Shown here piece after piece: positions 53,415-61,184 of a DNA stretch of 64,000 nt (positions within the stretch are counted from its first letter, which is position 1; every line of letters begins with the position of its first letter). The stretch is from sequence record LC494302.1; one strand, given 5' to 3'. Both the position numbers and the translations under genes were made by a program. Under the pieces are notes generated by a model. The model had not been told where the DNA came from. It searched no databases and worked only from the letters and a program-made list of their open reading frames with translations. The stretch is from Escherichia phage SP27.

Positions 53415-53999
53415 ATGCGTAATTATACTAAATTCATCCGTACACTGTCAGAAATGGAAACCAACAAAGAGATCCTTTCAGCTTGTCGGTTAGCTGGCCT
53501 GGAGATCATCGGTGCTGGTTCTTCCCGTATAGTTTTCGCTTTAAATGATCGGTTAGTGATTAAGGTCGCGAATTGTGATGCGGGTGTAGAACAAAATGAA
53601 ACTGAATGTAAGGTATGGAATTTTTTAGACTATGACCGCCCTCAGTTGAAACAGTACTTTGCAAAGGTGCATATGCATTTATGCGATCCTGATAATATGT
53701 TTATCGTTATGGATCGGTTGAGTACTGCAAGTAAAGGCAGTGTGAAGCACGTAAACGCGTGCAATGAATTAAAGTACAATATTAAACGTAATGCAATCGA
53801 CCGCCAGCACCGCTTTGCTGATGCACTACAACACGTTGATGATACATTATCAACACTAACGATAAGAGATATCAGAAAACAGAATATCGGCCAGGATCGT
53901 AATGGACTTATTAAAGTACTTGATTACGGTTTAACCAGCAATATCTGGAATCAGTACTATAAAAAGCGTGATGTGGCAGCAAGTAAGGTAACACGATAA
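53415..53999 (+). CDS. putative protein-kinase-like protein
   Basis: AAGGAG RBS before ATG 53415; glycine-loop IGAGSSRIVF, VIKVA lysine, catalytic-loop-like IRDIRKQNIG, VLDYG (DFG-like). Confidence 0.5.
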   Translation: MRNYTKFIRTLSEMETNKEILSACRLAGLEIIGAGSSRIVFALNDRLVIKVANCDAGVEQNETECKVWNFLDYDRPQLKQYFAKVHMHLCDPDNMFIVMDRLSTASKGSVKHVNACNELKYNIKRNAIDRQHRFADALQHVDDTLSTLTIRDIRKQNIGQDRNGLIKVLDYGLTSNIWNQYYKKRDVAASKVTR

Positions 54000-54009
54000 A
54001 AAAGATTAA

Positions 54010-54040
54010 AAAAGGGATTGACTCCGGTCAGTCCCTTTGC
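54010..54040 (+). terminator. terminator/promoter module
   Basis: AAAAAAGGGATTGACTCCGGTCAGTCCCTTTGCTATTATAT. Confidence 0.65.
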
Positions 54041-54069
54041 TATTATATATCCATTGAGAGATAACTCAC

Positions 54070-54100
54070 TGACCCATAGGGTGCGGAAGTGTATCTATTA
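54070..54100 (+). promoter_or_regulatory. conserved leader box
   Basis: GACCCATAGGGTGCGGAAGTGTATCTATTATATA. Confidence 0.4.
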
Positions 54101-54140
54101 TATAAGTATTCAGTACTGAAAACTATTTTTAAAAAAGTAC

Positions 54141-54200
54141 TTGCATTGTACTTAGAATCAAGTATAATGTTTTATATCGAGAGGGGAAATGGTTCTCCCT
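54141..54200 (+). promoter_or_regulatory. PeSL cassette
   Basis: TTGCAT..TATAAT + hairpin GGGGAAATGGTTCTCCC. Confidence 0.6.
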
Positions 54201-54219
54201 GGCAATAAGGAATAAAATC

Positions 54220-54441
54220 ATGACTACAATGACTTGCATTTACGCTTCCAATCTACTGAATGATGCGGCCTTTAATGTTGATTCAGAATATCAATGTTAT
54301 CGGGATGAAAATAAAAAAGTTTTTGTAGTTGATAATAATGGTTTCCATATTGAATTACAATCCGGCTTCACTGGTGTTGATGGTAAATCAGTATGGGGCG
54401 TACAGGATGATAAAGGCACATATCATTTTAAACGTAATTAA
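54220..54441 (+). CDS. hypothetical protein
   Basis: terminator, leader box and PeSL upstream; AAGGAA RBS. Confidence 0.6.
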   Translation: MTTMTCIYASNLLNDAAFNVDSEYQCYRDENKKVFVVDNNGFHIELQSGFTGVDGKSVWGVQDDKGTYHFKRN

Positions 54442-54444
54442 GTA

Positions 54445-54505
54445 TTGACAAAGTATACCAGTACTGTATAATAGTTTACATCAAGGGGAGAATAGTTCTC
54501 CCCGA
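54445..54505 (+). promoter_or_regulatory. PeSL cassette
   Basis: TTGACA-16-TATAAT + hairpin GGGGAGAATAGTTCTCCCC. Confidence 0.65.
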
Positions 54506-54525
54506 TACTAAAAGGAAACAAAATT

Positions 54526-54798
54526 ATGTCCAGCTACTCCGCTACTATGATCATTAAAGATATGAACGGTAATCCTACTTCTGCTGGTGGATCATTTGGA
54601 AACATTAATTTAGATGGTCGGTTATCCATGCAATCAGCAATCGATGCAGCGAAAGAAGTTTTTAAGAATGAATGTACTGTTAGTAAGCTGGATTATATGG
54701 GATTTGCTATCGAAAAAACTAATCGTTTTGTGGACTACAAAAAACCACTGATGATTGATACTAACCTGAAAGCAAACGAAGTGGAGTACTTATTATGA
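54526..54798 (+). CDS. hypothetical protein
   Basis: PeSL + AAGGAAA RBS; 90 aa. Confidence 0.6.
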   Translation: MSSYSATMIIKDMNGNPTSAGGSFGNINLDGRLSMQSAIDAAKEVFKNECTVSKLDYMGFAIEKTNRFVDYKKPLMIDTNLKANEVEYLL

Positions 54799-54986
54799 CA
54801 GTTGAAGAAGTTAAAAAAGTACTGGCAGTACTACGCTATCATAATCATTGTAAGGTGAAGAATGATCCTGATTATCTTGATTCATCCCTGGAAGAGGATA
54901 CACTACAAGCAATAAGCCATATGCAAACATTAGCAAAGCGTATGACCGAAAAGAATAGACCGGACTATATCGGAAATAAAATTTAA
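54795..54986 (+). CDS. hypothetical protein
   Basis: ATGA overlap with upstream stop; 63 aa. Confidence 0.5.
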   Translation: MTVEEVKKVLAVLRYHNHCKVKNDPDYLDSSLEEDTLQAISHMQTLAKRMTEKNRPDYIGNKI

Positions 54987-54994
54987 AAAGTACT

Positions 54995-55055
54995 TGCATT
55001 GTAGTTAGATTAACGTATAATGTTTTACATAGAGCGGGGGAATAGTTCTCCCGCC
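54995..55055 (+). promoter_or_regulatory. PeSL cassette
   Basis: TTGCAT..TATAAT + hairpin GCGGGGGAATAGTTCTCCCGC. Confidence 0.65.
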
Positions 55056-55072
55056 AGTCCAGGAGATACACC

Positions 55073-55336
55073 ATGAACACTATCGAAATCACTATCAATG
55101 CACACGTATACGACAACGTAATCATGCAAACTACTATGACCGCTAATGATACCAGTACTTTGCGGAATACTGTTATTAGTGCCGTATGTGCCGCTATCGG
55201 TGATGTCGCCCTGGAAAATGCAGAACATATCAACAACGGTTTCACTATGTGCAAGCGTGATAACGCAAAACATATCATCGTAGAAGGTTACGGCGGTGTA
55301 GAATTTAATGTTTATATGAAAAAAGTACTTGCATAA
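55073..55336 (+). CDS. hypothetical protein
   Basis: PeSL + AGGAGA RBS; 3' end overlaps next PeSL. Confidence 0.6.
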   Translation: MNTIEITINAHVYDNVIMQTTMTANDTSTLRNTVISAVCAAIGDVALENAEHINNGFTMCKRDNAKHIIVEGYGGVEFNVYMKKVLA

Positions 55337-55387
55337 TAACTAAAACAAAGTATAATGTTTTGCATAGGGGGAGATATCCTCCCCCAC
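55329..55387 (+). promoter_or_regulatory. PeSL cassette
   Basis: TTGCAT..TATAAT + hairpin GGGGGAGATATCCTCCCCC. Confidence 0.65.
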
Positions 55388-55403
55388 TAAAAGGAGTAAT
55401 AAA

Positions 55404-55628
55404 ATGGCTAACTTTGATGAACTGATGCGGGAAGTAGCTAACCTGGCAGAAGAGAAGAAATCATTCGATTCTATCTATAACACCGCTCATCGTGATTCAG
55501 TACTGGCATGTACTCAGGATCAAAAAGATGAACTAATCGCCACCTATCATGAAGCATGGAAGTACTACCGACAATGGGAGAAAGAAGAAAGAGAGTCTAC
55601 CATTGACGGCCTCAACAATCTAATCTAA
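55404..55628 (+). CDS. hypothetical protein
   Basis: PeSL + AAGGAG RBS; 74 aa. Confidence 0.6.
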   Translation: MANFDELMREVANLAEEKKSFDSIYNTAHRDSVLACTQDQKDELIATYHEAWKYYRQWEKEERESTIDGLNNLI

Positions 55629-55639
55629 AAGTTTTATTT

Positions 55640-55676
55640 CAGTACTATTGACATAGCTTGATAGTACTGATGTAAT
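55640..55676 (+). promoter_or_regulatory. palindromic-operator promoter
   Basis: AGTACTATTGACATAGCTTGATAGTACT + TGTAAT. Confidence 0.5.
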
Positions 55677-55704
55677 AACTTTACTAACTACAAGGGGAAA
55701 CATA

Positions 55705-55962
55705 ATGGAACAGTTCACACAATATCGGGTAAATCCTCAAGCTATGGCCTACGTAGAAGACCATAAAACATTACCAGTACTAACACCAATTAAAGGCCAT
55801 ATCTATCGTGCAATGTCATGGAATACCGCCCAGGATGGATATACTACCGCTGGCGTGGGTATGTATTGCGGGAATGGTGAATGGTTTGATCCAAATAATC
55901 CGGTAGCCATTGACAGTACTGAAAAAATGAAATGGGCCGACTACATCGAAGATATTTCATAA
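55705..55962 (+). CDS. hypothetical protein
   Basis: palindromic promoter + GGGGAAA RBS; 85 aa. Confidence 0.55.
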   Translation: MEQFTQYRVNPQAMAYVEDHKTLPVLTPIKGHIYRAMSWNTAQDGYTTAGVGMYCGNGEWFDPNNPVAIDSTEKMKWADYIEDIS

Positions 55963-55968
55963 AACTAT

Positions 55969-56031
55969 TTGACAGTACTAACCAGTAATGTATAATGTTT
56001 TACATAGAGCGGGGGAATAGTTCTCCCGCCA
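55969..56031 (+). promoter_or_regulatory. PeSL cassette
   Basis: TTGACA-16-TATAAT + hairpin GCGGGGGAATAGTTCTCCCGC. Confidence 0.65.
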
Positions 56032-56051
56032 ATAGTTTGGAGTAAAACATT

Positions 56052-56252
56052 ATGTCTATCGCTATCGCCCTGGTTGAAGTACTGAAAGAAGCTAAAGCCA
56101 ACCAGATCGACGTAAAGATCCAGGAACTACAAAACGGCGTAATCGGCTGTACTTGTACCGCTGGTGGAGCGGCAGACTATCGAGAACACGAATCACTCGA
56201 ATCACTGGTTCGGTATCTTACCATGATCGTTGATGATTGGAGAATCATCTAA
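56052..56252 (+). CDS. hypothetical protein
   Basis: PeSL + GGAG RBS; followed by terminator. Confidence 0.6.
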   Translation: MSIAIALVEVLKEAKANQIDVKIQELQNGVIGCTCTAGGAADYREHESLESLVRYLTMIVDDWRII

Positions 56253-56267
56253 CAAAAAAGAATAAAA

Positions 56268-56298
56268 AAGGGATTGACTCCGGTCAGTCCCTTTGCTA
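56268..56298 (+). terminator. terminator/promoter module
   Basis: AAAAAAGGGATTGACTCCGGTCAGTCCCTTTGCTATTATAT. Confidence 0.65.
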
Positions 56299-56324
56299 TT
56301 ATATACGCATAGACAAAAACTAGC

Positions 56325-56352
56325 CCACAGGGTGCATAGGTGTATCTAAAAT
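56325..56352 (+). promoter_or_regulatory. conserved leader box
   Basis: AGCCCACAGGGTGCATAGGTGTATCTAAAATATA. Confidence 0.4.
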
Positions 56353-56413
56353 ATATGGTTAATAACGGTGAGTAACTATCTGCTGGTGGAGTGAAAACTA
56401 TTAATAAAAAAGT

Positions 56414-56442
56414 ATTGACAAAGTATATCAGTACTGCGATAA
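56414..56442 (+). promoter_or_regulatory. sigma70-like promoter
   Basis: TTGACA-17-GATAAT upstream of 56497. Confidence 0.5.
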
Positions 56443-56496
56443 TGTATCTCGTAGGGCGGCAATGGTGCGACGGCCCACAAAGTTAGGAGATTCAAA

Positions 56497-56829
56497 ATGA
56501 GTACTTCAATCGCTATCGTTAAAGCTTTCATCCGTACCAATGTTTCATCTGTATTCATCGACGGTATGGATCGGGAAGTAGAATACTCAATCATTATCGC
56601 ACAGACTGCAAACGGTGCTCGGTATATCCTCAATGATAGTGAAGCAAATCACTACTACTTCACTAAAGCTACTGGCTTTAAACGCATCGATGCCGATGTA
56701 GTATACGCTAAGATGAATAAGCTGGTAGACAAGATTAACGCTAAAGGCACTATTGATTTACAGTACTGGACCGAAACCGATCCAGAATATGGATCTCACC
56801 GCTACCTGAATCCAGGTATTAAAATGTAA
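56497..56829 (+). CDS. hypothetical protein
   Basis: TTGACA promoter, AGGAGA RBS; 110 aa. Confidence 0.6.
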   Translation: MSTSIAIVKAFIRTNVSSVFIDGMDREVEYSIIIAQTANGARYILNDSEANHYYFTKATGFKRIDADVVYAKMNKLVDKINAKGTIDLQYWTETDPEYGSHRYLNPGIKM

Positions 56830-56836
56830 AAAGTAC

Positions 56837-56900
56837 TTGCATAGTACTTAGATTCATGTATAATGTTTTACATAGAGAGGGGGAAATGGTTCTCCCTCCT
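56837..56900 (+). promoter_or_regulatory. PeSL cassette
   Basis: TTGCAT..TATAAT + hairpin GAGGGGGAAATGGTTCTCCCTC. Confidence 0.65.
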
Positions 56901-56918
56901 AAATTAAGGAGTTTTATC

Positions 56919-57320
56919 ATGACCTTCTCAATCACTTCCTTCGCTGACGTTTTAGTACTGGCTCGGACTTTTGGTAAAGATGCACTGGAGTACGCTGTAA
57001 GTAATGGCACTATCCAACCGGAACAGTGCCGCATCATTGGAAACTGCAAACGTTGGGCGGTATCCAATACTATTGCACTGGAAAACTTCCACGATGGCAA
57101 CAATGAATATTCTGTTGATGTAGTATTCGAAGCCGTTGATCTCGGCGGTATCTATAATACTAACCTGAATGATGTGCGTATCGTTCGCACGGGGTTCGGT
57201 GCTTATGATGTATCTATCCGTGAAGCTATGAACACCGGATACATTAGCAAGGACTTACTTGCTCACATCATGCAGCTGTGTACGGAACGTAACGAAGCAC
57301 GTACTATCTTAGGGCTGTAA
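56919..57320 (+). CDS. hypothetical protein
   Basis: PeSL + AAGGAG RBS before ATG 56919. Confidence 0.6.
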   Translation: MTFSITSFADVLVLARTFGKDALEYAVSNGTIQPEQCRIIGNCKRWAVSNTIALENFHDGNNEYSVDVVFEAVDLGGIYNTNLNDVRIVRTGFGAYDVSIREAMNTGYISKDLLAHIMQLCTERNEARTILGL

Positions 57321-57388
57321 GCAATACACATCACCAAACATCATAGGCCGCTCTCTAGCGGCCTTAACTATATCAGGAGTACATACAC

Positions 57389-57598
57389 ATGATCTATACA
57401 GTATACAGCGTCCTAGGCACTATTGCAGGCGTACATGATAACGTCGATAGTGCTATGCGTACAGTACTGCAACAGGTTCCACTAAAGCCTAAGACCATTA
57501 AGCAGATGACAGCACGACTAACCAGGGCGACCGATGGCGTGGAAGTATGGCAGGACTACGGGGATACACAGATAATCGTTAGCGTAACGAAGGATTAA
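57389..57598 (+). CDS. hypothetical protein
   Basis: hairpin then AGGAG RBS; 69 aa. Confidence 0.55.
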   Translation: MIYTVYSVLGTIAGVHDNVDSAMRTVLQQVPLKPKTIKQMTARLTRATDGVEVWQDYGDTQIIVSVTKD

Positions 57599-57629
57599 TG
57601 CGTAAAGGGATCTAGTACTGATTCAGAAA

Positions 57630-57692
57630 AAAGTCAAGGCGTTTTTAAAATTATGCGTTAAAAAAATGCATAGGTAATCCCTTGACTTTTTT
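57630..57692. repeat. long inverted repeat (11-bp arms, about 40-nt loop)
   Basis: AAAAGTCAAGG ... CCTTGACTTTT at boundary before S2 array. Confidence 0.5.
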
Positions 57693-57847
57693 GAAATAAA
57701 AGGGATTGGACTATGGCAAAATGCGTAGGGGGCTAAAGGGCGGGTAACCTTAGCGACTTCGATAAAGGGGTATTACGAATAAAATGTTATTGATTTTTTA
57801 TACGAATCGTATATTATAGGATTGATATTATTTTTAATGGAGTCCCT

Positions 57848-58045
57848 ATGCGTATTTTAACTAAAGAACAGCACCACGAAAGACTTATCAATAACATGGC
57901 TATGATAATGTATAAGTCCCATGACCGTGGTATTGCCTATAAGCGTGAATTAATTATGGCACTATTCATTGGAACTAACTTTCAGGAAAGGTATGTCAAC
58001 GATTGGATTTGGTATTTAATTGAAGATATAACGAGTAAACTATGA
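57848..58045 (+). CDS. small protein, S2 tandem family (first member)
   Basis: GGAG RBS; motif IGTNFQERYV. Confidence 0.6.
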   Translation: MRILTKEQHHERLINNMAMIMYKSHDRGIAYKRELIMALFIGTNFQERYVNDWIWYLIEDITSKL

Positions 58046-58242
58046 AAATGCGTATTTTAAATAAAGAAGAATATCAATCACTGTTACGTAAAAACTTCAC
58101 AAAGATTTATAATACAGACACACACGTAGAACGAATGGAGTTATACCTTTTGATTACTTTGGGAACTAACTATCAGGAAAGATGGGTGATTCAATATATG
58201 GATACATTGAAAAATAAAATATTGTCCACGAGGAAACAATGA
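58042..58242 (+). CDS. small protein, S2 tandem family
   Basis: ATGA overlap; motif LGTNYQERWV. Confidence 0.6.
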   Translation: MKMRILNKEEYQSLLRKNFTKIYNTDTHVERMELYLLITLGTNYQERWVIQYMDTLKNKILSTRKQ

Positions 58243-58448
58243 AAACTATAACACGAACCCAATCATACGGTCTTATCTTGAAATACATGGACTTAATGGT
58301 GGATATCAGCAAAGACCTTCCTAAAACTGAAATTGAAGTTGCAAGAGCAGAGATCCGCATGTTGGCTGTACTGAACACAAACCATCAGGAAGATTATGTT
58401 GAAGAATGGATTCGATTTTTAATTCAAGATATAAAGAGTAAATTATGA
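58239..58448 (+). CDS. small protein, S2 tandem family
   Basis: ATGA overlap; motif LNTNHQEDYV. Confidence 0.6.
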   Translation: MKTITRTQSYGLILKYMDLMVDISKDLPKTEIEVARAEIRMLAVLNTNHQEDYVEEWIRFLIQDIKSKL

Positions 58449-58657
58449 TTTTTTTAACACCAGAAGAATATAAGAAACGTTTCAATTCCGCACAGGGTGA
58501 AATCTTACTTATATACCTTTCAAATGCAGACCTTAACTTATCAAGGGTATTAGAAAAAGATTTACTTATGGGTGCATTCCTTGATACAGACTTTCAGGTG
58601 TATTATGTAGGGGAATACTTAATTGCACTCCAGAATTACATTAAGAGTAAACTATGA
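58445..58657 (+). CDS. small protein, S2 tandem family
   Basis: ATGA overlap; motif LDTDFQVYYV. Confidence 0.6.
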   Translation: MIFLTPEEYKKRFNSAQGEILLIYLSNADLNLSRVLEKDLLMGAFLDTDFQVYYVGEYLIALQNYIKSKL

Positions 58658-58866
58658 ATAGCATTAACTCAAATCTATATACCGAACGCGTCGCGGCCAG
58701 ACAACTTGAAATTCTCATAGTATATGAAGAGACTGATGATTTAAACTTAGCATTAGTATTGGAAAATGATATACTATTGGGTGCATTCCTCGGCACAGAC
58801 TATCAGGAGCACTTCTTGAATGAGTATATAATTGCACTCCAGAAATACATTAAGAGCAAACTATGA
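58654..58866 (+). CDS. small protein, S2 tandem family
   Basis: ATGA overlap; motif LGTDYQEHFL; C-terminus near-identical to previous member. Confidence 0.6.
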   Translation: MNSINSNLYTERVAARQLEILIVYEETDDLNLALVLENDILLGAFLGTDYQEHFLNEYIIALQKYIKSKL

Positions 58867-59081
58867 AACATTTAAGTAATTACGAGAAGAATAAAATTAT
58901 CGTTGCTGCAATAAACAAATATTTTACACTTCCTCACACAGAAGGTTTATGTGTAAGGGAACACAGGATAAACACCACCGATATACGCATGATGGCTGTA
59001 CTGGGGACGAACTTTCAGGAAGAGTATGTTGTTGCACACATAGTTGCCCTCACTGATCTAATAAGGGACAAATGTAAATGA
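58863..59081 (+). CDS. small protein, S2 tandem family
   Basis: ATGA overlap; motif LGTNFQEEYV. Confidence 0.6.
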   Translation: MKHLSNYEKNKIIVAAINKYFTLPHTEGLCVREHRINTTDIRMMAVLGTNFQEEYVVAHIVALTDLIRDKCK

Positions 59082-59335
59082 AACACTTAACTGATGATGA
59101 ATTTGAAACTATAATTCGTAAACTAACCCCCATCACAAGGATAGTCTACGGTGACCCCAGCCTTACATGGAACCAAATGCGAGCTAAAGTTAATGAGCTA
59201 TGGTTGCTGTACTTTATGGGGACTCAATATCAAGATAAGTTTTGCACAGAATATATCGAACAATTAACGAATGTTATACAGGATAAACTAGATGATTATT
59301 TGCTCACAAAACATGAAGACTTTATCAGGAGTTGA
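59078..59335 (+). CDS. small protein, S2 tandem family (C-terminal read-through)
   Basis: ATGA overlap; motif MGTQYQDKF; usual stop at junction missing, ORF runs 20 codons further. Confidence 0.55.
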   Translation: MKHLTDDEFETIIRKLTPITRIVYGDPSLTWNQMRAKVNELWLLYFMGTQYQDKFCTEYIEQLTNVIQDKLDDYLLTKHEDFIRS

Positions 59336-59564
59336 GTATCAAACTGCCCTATTCTCTTTAATCCATGCCCTTAGAAAAAACAATGCCTTATATGGTGCAC
59401 CTGAAGTGGATGTTATCAACGGTGAACTTTATCTTATGAAATTCATTGGAACAAACTATCAAGATCTGTTCATTCAACGATACTTATCAGCATTAAGAAA
59501 CCAAATCCAATATAAAACCATCAAGGCCAAAAAAGAATGGAATAAACAATGCGACACAGACTAA
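59313..59564 (+). CDS. small protein, S2 tandem family (start uncertain, 59292 or 59313)
   Basis: motif IGTNYQDLFI; overlaps extended upstream ORF. Confidence 0.5.
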   Translation: MKTLSGVEYQTALFSLIHALRKNNALYGAPEVDVINGELYLMKFIGTNYQDLFIQRYLSALRNQIQYKTIKAKKEWNKQCDTD

Positions 59565-59797
59565 ATCACAAAATGTATTGTAAACTATTGCAGACATTGG
59601 CACAGAAACACTATGACACGGTATCTGGAATATTACCCTATGATATCATGCGTTTACTTCACTGTGAGGCCGAGATGCTTGTACTGATGACAGGCACTGA
59701 TAAAAACGCAATTGCCAAATCAATAGATATGTTCATCGAAGCACACTGCCAACACATGAGAACCGAAATCTGGAGGAAAGAGAATGATAATCCTTAA
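59549..59797 (+). CDS. small protein, S2 tandem family (divergent)
   Basis: motif MTGTDKNAIA; overlaps neighbours. Confidence 0.5.
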   Translation: MRHRLNHKMYCKLLQTLAQKHYDTVSGILPYDIMRLLHCEAEMLVLMTGTDKNAIAKSIDMFIEAHCQHMRTEIWRKENDNP

Positions 59798-59999
59798 TGA
59801 GTATCAGTATCATTGGAGGTTACAAACTATCAAATCAAAAGTGTATAGTATTGTGTTAAACAAATCTATTGCACAAGAGGACAAATGTGTTATAATAGCT
59901 GAAATGAAGTTGGGTGTATTCGTAGGGACAAACTATCAAAACATCTACACTGACGTATTGTTAAGTGCCTTACGTAACAAGGTGGTATCCAAAATATGA
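59784..59999 (+). CDS. small protein, S2 tandem family
   Basis: motif VGTNYQNIY. Confidence 0.6.
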   Translation: MIILNEYQYHWRLQTIKSKVYSIVLNKSIAQEDKCVIIAEMKLGVFVGTNYQNIYTDVLLSALRNKVVSKI

Positions 60000-60214
60000 G
60001 AAATTTACAAGGCTTTGAATACATCAGACTCCTGAAAACATGTGGAAGCAGAAGGAGAATGATATCAAGCGATAAGAGCATCCAAGCTAACCTTAAGCAC
60101 GCACTAGTAACTGAACTCTATGTAGGTGCACTCTTAGGCACAAACTATCAACAAATGTATGTAGATCTATGGATTGACGCTCTACAGAAAGAGGTTAAAA
60201 GTAAATGCAAATGA
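59996..60214 (+). CDS. small protein, S2 tandem family
   Basis: ATGA overlap; motif LGTNYQQMYV. Confidence 0.6.
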   Translation: MRNLQGFEYIRLLKTCGSRRRMISSDKSIQANLKHALVTELYVGALLGTNYQQMYVDLWIDALQKEVKSKCK

Positions 60215-60423
60215 TTAATTTAAGTAAAGACGAATTTTATGTTATACTGGCGAAAACTTATCCAGCACGTAAGGCCGTTTATGATAGTCACATTATTGAA
60301 CCCTCAAAGAAGTTGATTTTAGTAAATGAGATAAAGATGCTTTCAGTCTTAGGAACAAACTATCAAGAGAATGCTGTACTGATGTTAATTGATGCCCTCC
60401 AGAGAGAGGTTAAACGTAAATGA
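60205..60423 (+). CDS. small protein, S2 tandem family
   Basis: motif LGTNYQENAV. Confidence 0.6.
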   Translation: MQMINLSKDEFYVILAKTYPARKAVYDSHIIEPSKKLILVNEIKMLSVLGTNYQENAVLMLIDALQREVKRK

Positions 60424-60650
60424 AAATGATTAATTTAACTTACCATGAATATCAAAAACGTTTAAATGCATCCAGAGATATAAGGATTCAAATATTCAAT
60501 AACAAAAAATTGAAACCTGATACCAGAAGAATCAAAATCATAGAAGCCGTGTTGTGTAACTTCCTAGGGACTAACTATCAGGAAGGTAAGGTAGAAAACT
60601 ATCTTATAGAACTCATGAATAGTATTGAAAATAAATGTAAGGGTAATTAA
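60420..60650 (+). CDS. small protein, S2 tandem family
   Basis: ATGA overlap; motif LGTNYQEGKV. Confidence 0.6.
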   Translation: MKMINLTYHEYQKRLNASRDIRIQIFNNKKLKPDTRRIKIIEAVLCNFLGTNYQEGKVENYLIELMNSIENKCKGN

Positions 60651-60654
60651 CATG
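60611..60654 (+). repeat. direct repeat copy 1 (junction of S2 genes)
   Basis: AGTATTGAAAATAAATGTAAGGGTAATTAACATG, repeated at 60885..60920. Confidence 0.55.
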
Positions 60655-60891
60655 AAAATGATTAAATTATCTCAAGCAAAATATAAAGAACGCCTGGTAA
60701 AAATTGCACCTGGACTTAATGAAATCCATCACGGAGAAGTCATTAAACACGGAAATAAGATGATTATGAAACTTGAGTTAAAGGTGGGTGCATTCATAGG
60801 AACAAACTATCAGGAGTATTATGTAGATGAATACATAATCGCACTTAAGAGATACATTGGAAGAAAACTATATCTACAAACTAAAGAATAG
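60652..60891 (+). CDS. small protein, S2 tandem family
   Basis: internal ATG 60652 (MKMIKLS); motif IGTNYQEYYV. Confidence 0.6.
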   Translation: MKMIKLSQAKYKERLVKIAPGLNEIHHGEVIKHGNKMIMKLELKVGAFIGTNYQEYYVDEYIIALKRYIGRKLYLQTKE

Positions 60892-60920
60892 TATTGAAAA
60901 TAAATGTAAGGGTAATTAAC
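60885..60920 (+). repeat. direct repeat copy 2
   Basis: identical about 35-nt junction sequence. Confidence 0.55.
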
Positions 60921-61184
60921 ATGCAAATGATCAATTTAAGTAAAGATGAATATACCGAGCGTATGACAAAAATTACGCACAAACGTAATACAATCTATCA
61001 CAACCCAGAAATTCAACACAGTAAGAAAATGATTATGATGCGTGAGTTAAAGATGGGTGTATTCTTAGGAACAAACTATCAAGATACAGAAGTAAATCGC
61101 TTAATCGCGGAGTTACTACTGGAAATCAGAGGTAAGCTGTACTTTCATCAAATGACCCAACCACTGAGGTGTACTGATCGATGA
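60921..61184 (+). CDS. small protein, S2 tandem family
   Basis: internal ATG 60921 (MQMINLSK); 35-bp junction repeat upstream; motif LGTNYQDTEV. Confidence 0.6.
   Translation: MQMINLSKDEYTERMTKITHKRNTIYHNPEIQHSKKMIMMRELKMGVFLGTNYQDTEVNRLIAELLLEIRGKLYFHQMTQPLRCTDR

Noticed and set aside
38470-56900. T4 MotA-box middle promoters (TGCTTTA at -30)
   Set aside because: The recurring -35-region hexamer is TTGCAA or TTGACA, not the T4 MotA box, so these were called sigma70-like early (PeSL) promoters.
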